A stretch of 64,000 nt of DNA, taken from Octopus vulgaris. Its lineage: Eukaryota. Each line of letters opens with the position of its first letter. Positions within the stretch are counted from its first letter, which is position 1. Below are positions 57,426 to 64,000 of the stretch, one piece after another. The notes below the pieces were generated by a model that saw only the letters and a program-made list of their open reading frames with translations, did not search any database and had not been told where the DNA came from. The DNA lies in the NCBI GenBank assembly GCA_951406725.2, contig OX597819.1, positions 129,766,001-129,830,000 of the forward strand. The letters are read 5' to 3'. Position numbers and translations under genes: made by a program.

Positions 57426-59208
57426 CAATAAATAAATAAATAAATAAATAGAAGGACCTTTCAATGTCCGCTAAGCATTTCGCCCGGCGCGCTAACGTTT
57501 CTGCCAGCTCGCCGCCCTTTTGTCAGTTCATTATATTCGTTATGTCAGTGTGCAGTCTTACCATTAGTTTTTCATGCTGCAGACCTTCTTCCTTTGTATT
57601 CAACTCCGTTCATTCATTCATTCATTTATTCATTCAGATCTAAGGTACTATTTATGGTGTGAATACAATTTTCTGAACAATCCTGTTTTAAAAAAGATGC
57701 AAGGACATATTGTGCAATAAGACGGTGAACTGACAGAATCGTTGGCAAGTTGAACAAAATGCTCACCGGCATTTCTTCTGGTTCTTTATGTTCTGAGTTC
57801 AAATCACAATGAGGTTGAGTTTACCGTTAATCCCTTCGGTGTCGACAAAATAAGGTACCAGTCAAGTACTGAATTCGATGTAATCGACTTGACTCCCTCC
57901 TCTCGAAATTACTAGCGCTGAACCTGCAACGGACCGGCTTCAAGTTGTACTAAGGTTCTGAGTTCAAATCCTCACCGAAGTCAACTTTATACTTTCCATC
58001 CTTTCGAAGTTGACAAGTTTCCTCTCGGGTGTGGTGATGCCTTGAAGTATGAGTTTCGATTCTTTTATGTTCTGGGTTCAAATCTTGCCATACCCCACTT
58101 GAGTGGTAGACTTAATCTCTCGCCTGGTTGAACACTGCCACTTGTCACCTTGGGTACCTTTCAGGGAAATCTCCGGTTCTGAAACATCTTACTCCTGTCT
58201 CTGAAGCCCTCTCACGGGCCCTACTGATATTCTCTTGACTAGAAAAATATGCGGTGGGTAAAACAACAACAAAACAATACTAATCAATGAATGACTAATA
58301 TTTTAATTATTTCATTGATGACAACCCCAGACAGGCTTTACAGTCGTTACAGAAATAGTGGAGAGAGAATCTATATGTAAATGTACATGATAATTTCGTA
58401 TATTATTCAGCACCCATTACTATTTTCAGGACATACGCCTACAAGATTTACAAGAGGAAATTATTCCGACCTTACTCTCAGAAGGTCCAGTACCAATGCT
58501 TGTAGCAGAGTGGATTCCTCTAAAGTCGCCTATGGACCAGGTGATATAGTTTAACTGGGTGTCGGAGAAAAAAATATCCATTTAAAAAGTGAAACAGTTC
58601 TTTTGACGTGTTTCTGCACGCACCGTCCGGCTACCAATTTTTATTCACCAGACTTTGGTGGACCCGAAGCTATGACTGAAGAAATATGCCTTGTCCAAGG
58701 TACCGTGCCGTGCGATCGAACCTCGATTATAGAATTGATCTCATATTGAATAAGTTACGTGGATTTGTGGAACTTTGTTACTTTTTAATGTAAAACAAAT
58801 AACCTTTAATTTATTGTATATCTTAGCTAAGAAGAGTTTTATTGTGAAATTGTGTTGAACATGTTGATTAGGCTGCTATAATAATTCTGTAAAACAGTTC
58901 CAAATATTTAAATAGCTCATCCCTTTTTTTCAGACATAGTTTGTCTAGGACAAAGTTATCCAATGTATATCTTAAATACAATCCGAAAGTTTGGTGGATA
59001 TTTCTAGTAGGGCTAGCAACCATGTCGAGGCTTCCTCATCAGCTCGTATTGGAGTTTTGCTTTCTACTCAAAGAATTCAACTTTCACATTCTATAATCCG
59101 TGGTCACCGAACCAATGGGGGAGTCTTTATGTTAGAAATATCAGCCAAATCTGCCCTTGACTCAGCTACTGACTATTTAACAAAAGTAAAGTCAGATTAT
59201 ATGATACT

Positions 59209-59590
59209 GCTGTTGCTGTTGAGGGAACGGTCTTCGTCCCAGAGCTCGCAAGATGGGAGAAGTCCGAATCGTGGTCCTTTGCTATTCGTACGACCCGCAG
59301 AAGAGAAAGCAGGTCAATCCCCTACACCGAGGGCATCGACGGATGGATGAATGCGCATCCAGGCTCAGCGGTTGCGTAGGAAGTCGGGGGACAAGAAACA
59401 GGAAGAAAGAGTGCGAGAAAGTCGGAGCGAAAGAGTACAACAGGGGTCGCCACCACCCCCTGCTGGAGCCTCGTGAAGCTTTAGGTGTTTTCGCTCAATA
59501 AACACACACAACGCCCGGTCTGGGAATCGAAACCGCGATCCTCTGACCGCCAGTCCGCTGCCCTAACTACCGGGTTATTGCGCCTCCACA
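59209..59590 (-). mobile_element. SINE family C (tail type 1), full length
   Basis: Matches 5180-5512 and extends to an (AAC/AGC)-rich tail. Confidence 0.85.
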
Positions 59591-59841
59591 TACGATGCTG
59601 TCTCACAAGGCGGTGATTTGTCAGAGTATTTTGAGTTTTGCGATATCTATTCCGGCTCTCCATGAGTCCTAAGTTCAAATTCCACTCTAAGTGGAGGACC
59701 GCTCACAGTGTTCTTTTCTCTAAAAATGGAGAAAGATTGAGTGAGGGACTCACAACCATTTCCTCATACAAAAGTTATGTTATTAGAATTCTCCGAGAAC
59801 TCCCAATATAGAGAACGGCACAGAATGCATATAAAAGAGAG

Positions 59842-60046
59842 AACATAGAGGGGACAAACAAGGACAGACAAAGGGATTAAGTCGATTACATTGACCCCAG
59901 TGCGTAACTGGTACTTAATTTATCGACCCCGAAAGCATGAAAGGCAAAGTCGACCTCAGCGGAATTAGAACCCAGAACGTAACGGCAGACGAAATACGGC
60001 TACGCATTTCGCCCGGCGTGCTAACGTTTCTGCCAGCTCGCCGCCT
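59842..60046 (-). mobile_element. SINE family B
   Basis: Reverse complement of family B, 3' end slightly truncated. Confidence 0.85.
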
Positions 60047-61204
60047 TTAAAAGAGAGAATATATCTGAATAAAGATGGGTGCGCATTGATCATGAATGGG
60101 AAACTTTTGATTTATACGTCTGTCCGATCAGGACTAATTGGTGGGCTAAATATAAACAACAGCAGGTGCTGGACACTTCGCACCCGAAACTTATCAGTGC
60201 TTCGTTATTTTATTTTTTTATAATAACTTTAGATTGTAAGCACGGTGAGAAAAGGACACATATACATCCATGCACAGTCGCGATTCTGTGTGAGTGTGTG
60301 TGTGTGTGTGTCCTTTGGGGACGTAGGCTGATATAGGATATAAACATAGGCGAGAAAACGGTAAAGAAAAAAAAACAGCACTTTTTAAGAGCGAAGTCCA
60401 TTGAGATATTTGTTCAAAACCGAATCTCTGACACACCCTTGTTGCTTTTACCAGAGAATAAAATTGTCATTGTGGAATTCTGCAATATAGATACCAGTAT
60501 TCCAACTCCAATATTGAAATTAAATGTTTGACTATCAAAGACTATACGAAAATCTTTCTCTCCCTTCTCTTCAGCTCATTCGCTCTTTCTTTTCTCTTCC
60601 TCTCTTCTTCTCCCTCATTCTCAATCTGTCTTTCTCCCCCCCCCCATCTCTCTCTGTCTATATTTATGTCTATCTACCCATCCCCACTATCTCTGTTTCC
60701 CCTCTGCTCTGATTAAAAAGCAATTGAAGAATTTTAATTATAAGTAATTAGCAAATTGTCGGTGTCTTCATCATATTTTTTCTAGTTAGCACTCACAGTT
60801 TTCTTTCTTTCGGTCTCTCTCTTTTTTCTTTCTTTTTCTTTTTACTTTCTTACATTTCTTCCTTTCTTTCATACATTCTTTCTTTCTTTATTTTACCTTC
60901 CTAGATTAAAAAAAAAAATAAAACAACTTACATCTCTGTCAAGTCTTTTATCTACTCCTTCACTCAATTTTCCTTCGTTTTGCTTCTCCCCCTCCTTCAT
61001 TCCTCGACTACATCTTCCTTTTTTACTTTCATTTTTTTCACCTTCTTCTTTTTCTGTTTTCTTCCTTAATTTCGTTCCCCCGCTTTCCCGCTTTCTTTTA
61101 CTTTTAATTCTCTCTTTATTTGTCGTGTTTCATTATTTGCTTTATCAATTAGCGTTACCTTCAGAACTTTCTCAGCACTAACACACACACGTGTATGTAC
61201 ATAG

Positions 61205-61250
<46 letters not shown>

Positions 61251-61434
61251 TCATTGCAGTAGTGACAATCATTGCGTAAATGATTTTCTTTTTAACCCAT
61301 TAAATTCGTTGCAAATATTTTATATATTTCAAAACCTTGCGTGGAACCCTTTTTTAAATTCTATTTTTATTTTCTACCGAACGGTGGATTAGCTTAATCG
61401 TTAGAACACTGCAAAAAAAATGTCATGTGATAAT

Positions 61435-62668
61435 TAGTAACAGCTCTTTTTGTTCTGAGTTCAAATCTCGTCGAGACCAGCTTTACCTTTCATCCTTGAG
61501 GAGTTGATAGACTAAGTACCAGTCGAGTCCTGGGGTCGATGTAATCGGCTTACCCCTCCCCCGAAATTGCTGGCCTTGTGCCATAATATGAAACCAAGGC
61601 GGCGAGCTACCAGAATCGTTAGCACGCCGGACAAAATGCTTAGCGGCATTTCTTCCGTCTTAACGCTATGAGTCCAAAACCATGGATGTCGACTTTGCCT
61701 TTCATCCATTCAAGGCCGATAAAATAAGTACCAGTTGAGTACTGGGGTTGAGGTAATCAACTACCCCCACCCCAACACGCCGAAATTGCAGGCCTTGTTT
61801 CAAAATTTGAAACCAATAATATTTTTACATTCTTATTTCTTTATTGCCCACAAGGGCAATAAACATAGAGTGGACAAACAAGGACAGACAAAGGGATGAA
61901 GTCCATTACATCGATCAGTGCGTAACTGGTACTTCATTTATCGACCCCGAAGGGATGAAAGGCAAAGTCGAACTCGGCGGAATTTGAACTCAGAACGTAA
62001 CGGCAGACGAAATATCGCAAAGCATTTCACCCGGTGTGCTAACCTTTCTGCCAGCTCGCCGCCTTTAATATGTAATATTTTTACATTCTGCAGGACGGTG
62101 GATTCGCTGAATCGTTAGAATATGGGAGAAAATATTTTGCGATCATTAGTAACGGCTATTTTTCTGAGTTCAAAACTTTACCTTTCATCCTTGCGGAGTC
62201 GATAAAATAAAATACCAGTCAAGTTCTGGGATTGATTTAACCCTCGGCCTCTCATAAGCATTTTCATAAGTTTGTCCTAAACGTTCATGTTTGTTTTTAG
62301 ACATTTTGTAAACCTTTGTTTTGTTTAGACTTTTAGTCAACCCTTGTTTTGTATCACATGTGATACAAAGGATAACCAAAGAGTAATCAGCAATTCTCTC
62401 TCCACCAAATTCTTGACCTTTTTGACTACATTGGTTTCAAATTTTGTCAATGCCAGCAATTTCTGGGGAGGGTGTAAGTCGTTATAATCGACTCCCCAGT
62501 GCTCCTGTGGCACGCAAAACCGACTTGGGGCTGAATTTAAGCTCAGAACGAACGAAATGTCTTTATGCATTTTACCCGGCGTACTAACGATTCTGTCAAG
62601 CGTGCCGCGGCATTTGAACCCGTATCGTAAAGACGGACGAAATGCCGCTAAGCATTTTCTCCGGTATA
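61435..62668. mobile_element. Cluster of family B SINEs in both orientations (e.g. + 61596-61818, - 61834-62065)
   Basis: Repeated family B heads, cores and tails. Confidence 0.8.
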
Positions 62669-63074
62669 GGCGCAGGAGTGGCTGTGTGGTAAGTAGCTTG
62701 CTAATCAACCACATGGTTCCGGGTTCAGTCCCACTGCGTGGAACCTTGGGCAAGTGTCTTCTGCTATAGCTTCGGGCCGACCAATGCCCTGTGAGTGGAT
62801 TTGGTAGACGGAAACTGAAAAGAAGCCCGTCGTATATATGTATATATATGTGTGTGTGTATGTGTTTGTGTGTCTGTGTTTGTCCCCCTAGCATTGCTTG
62901 ACAATCGATGCTGGTGTGTTTACGTCCCCGTCACTTAGCGGTTCGGCAAAAGAGACCGATAGAATAAGCACTGGGCTTACAAAGAATAAGTCCCGGGGTC
63001 GATTTGCTCGACTAAAGGCGGTGCTCCAGCATGGCCGCAGACAAATGACTGAAACAAGTAAAAGAGTAAAAGAG
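62669..63074 (+). mobile_element. SINE family A nested in a family B head
   Basis: Full length; GTATA on both sides; the host SINE resumes with CTAACGATTC. Confidence 0.88.
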
Positions 63075-63549
63075 TATACTAACGATTCAACCAGCTCGCC
63101 ACCTGATACCTTTTTGACTATATTAAGAATAGTAAGTATAATGTTTGTTTATATGTGCGCAATTGCAAGAGTATAAGCATATAAACTTCATCTGCACTGT
63201 TTAATAATTTATTCCATATTTTAGACTTCACATAAGACTATTTCTTATTAAGAGACCCAAATTAAGCAGTAGTTTTCTCAAATCATGCTTATGTCTGTTT
63301 CTGGACTACTTGGCTTTGAATCTTAACGGAGTTGTGCGAGCTGTTATTGACTTTAAATTTCAGCATACTGACAACTGATGTTAGTGTGTTTATGTCCACG
63401 TAACCAAGTGGTTTGTCTAAAGAGATCGATAGAATAAGTTCTATGCTTACAAGGAACAAGTCGATTTGTTTGACTAAAACCCTTTAAGGTGGTGCTCCAG
63501 CATGGCTGCTGTCAAATGACTGAAACAAGCAAATGAATGAAAGAATAAA

Positions 63550-63594
<45 letters not shown>

Positions 63595-63597
<3 letters not shown>

Positions 63598-64000
63598 TAG
63601 ATGGTAGGGTTGGGTTAACCGCACGTGGAGAATTGATAGGACAGGAAAAATATAAGGCAGAATGCTAAATTGAAAGTAAATTTTAATAAAAATGGGTGTA
63701 TGGACAATTAAAAAAGAACAAATAATAGATCAAACCCGGTTTTCATTGTAAAGCAAATTTTCAAGATTTAGAAGGGGAAAAAAATTTTTTTTTTAATTGA
63801 GGAAGGGGAAAAAAAAAGAAATTTACAGTTTCTTTCAAAAACATAATAATACATATATACAAAAATTGAACTGCGCTATTTCTGTTCCGAAATTTCAAAA
63901 TTTGTGTAAAAATATTCGAACTTAATAAACTTAATTTAACAACCCAGCGTGTCTACTTAATACATATGAGATGGGCTTTGGTCGAACCGAGTCCATTGAA
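63595..64000 (-). mobile_element. Penelope-like element 3' end at (TA)n, probably continuing beyond the window
   Basis: Hammerhead motif about 130 nt upstream of an end abutting (TA)n; the upstream extent is uncertain. Confidence 0.5.
63727..63769 (-). ncRNA. Minimal type I hammerhead ribozyme, U3-A8 core
   Basis: Minus strand: AAATC-TTGAAAA-TTTG(CTTTA)CAAT-GAAA-ACC(G)GGT-TT-GATCT. Confidence 0.6.

Overview
AT-rich, microsatellite-saturated animal genomic DNA; the SINE families are most consistent with an octopus (coleoid cephalopod), though this is recognition by eye and not a database result. Almost every ORF in the supplied track is a translation of simple repeats or SINEs. Real content: dozens of tRNA-derived SINE copies from at least four families, a full-length but dead mariner (36912-38189), further mariner, maT/DD37D-like and Chapaev3-like transposase remnants, R4/Dong-like and CR1-like LINE 3' ends, non-autonomous Helitrons and compound satellites. 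The most striking signal, invisible in the ORF track, is a set of at least six short Penelope-like terminal-repeat insertions, each carrying a minimal type I hammerhead ribozyme. Different families use different catalytic cores: canonical C3-G8 (34685, 50029), swapped G3-C8 (25477), U3-A8 (63727, 28429) and U4C (6604). Several are arranged as head-to-head inverted repeats, one with a perfect 12-bp target-site duplication. There is also a candidate 4-exon host gene for a small 8-cysteine, possibly secreted protein at 18301-19240.
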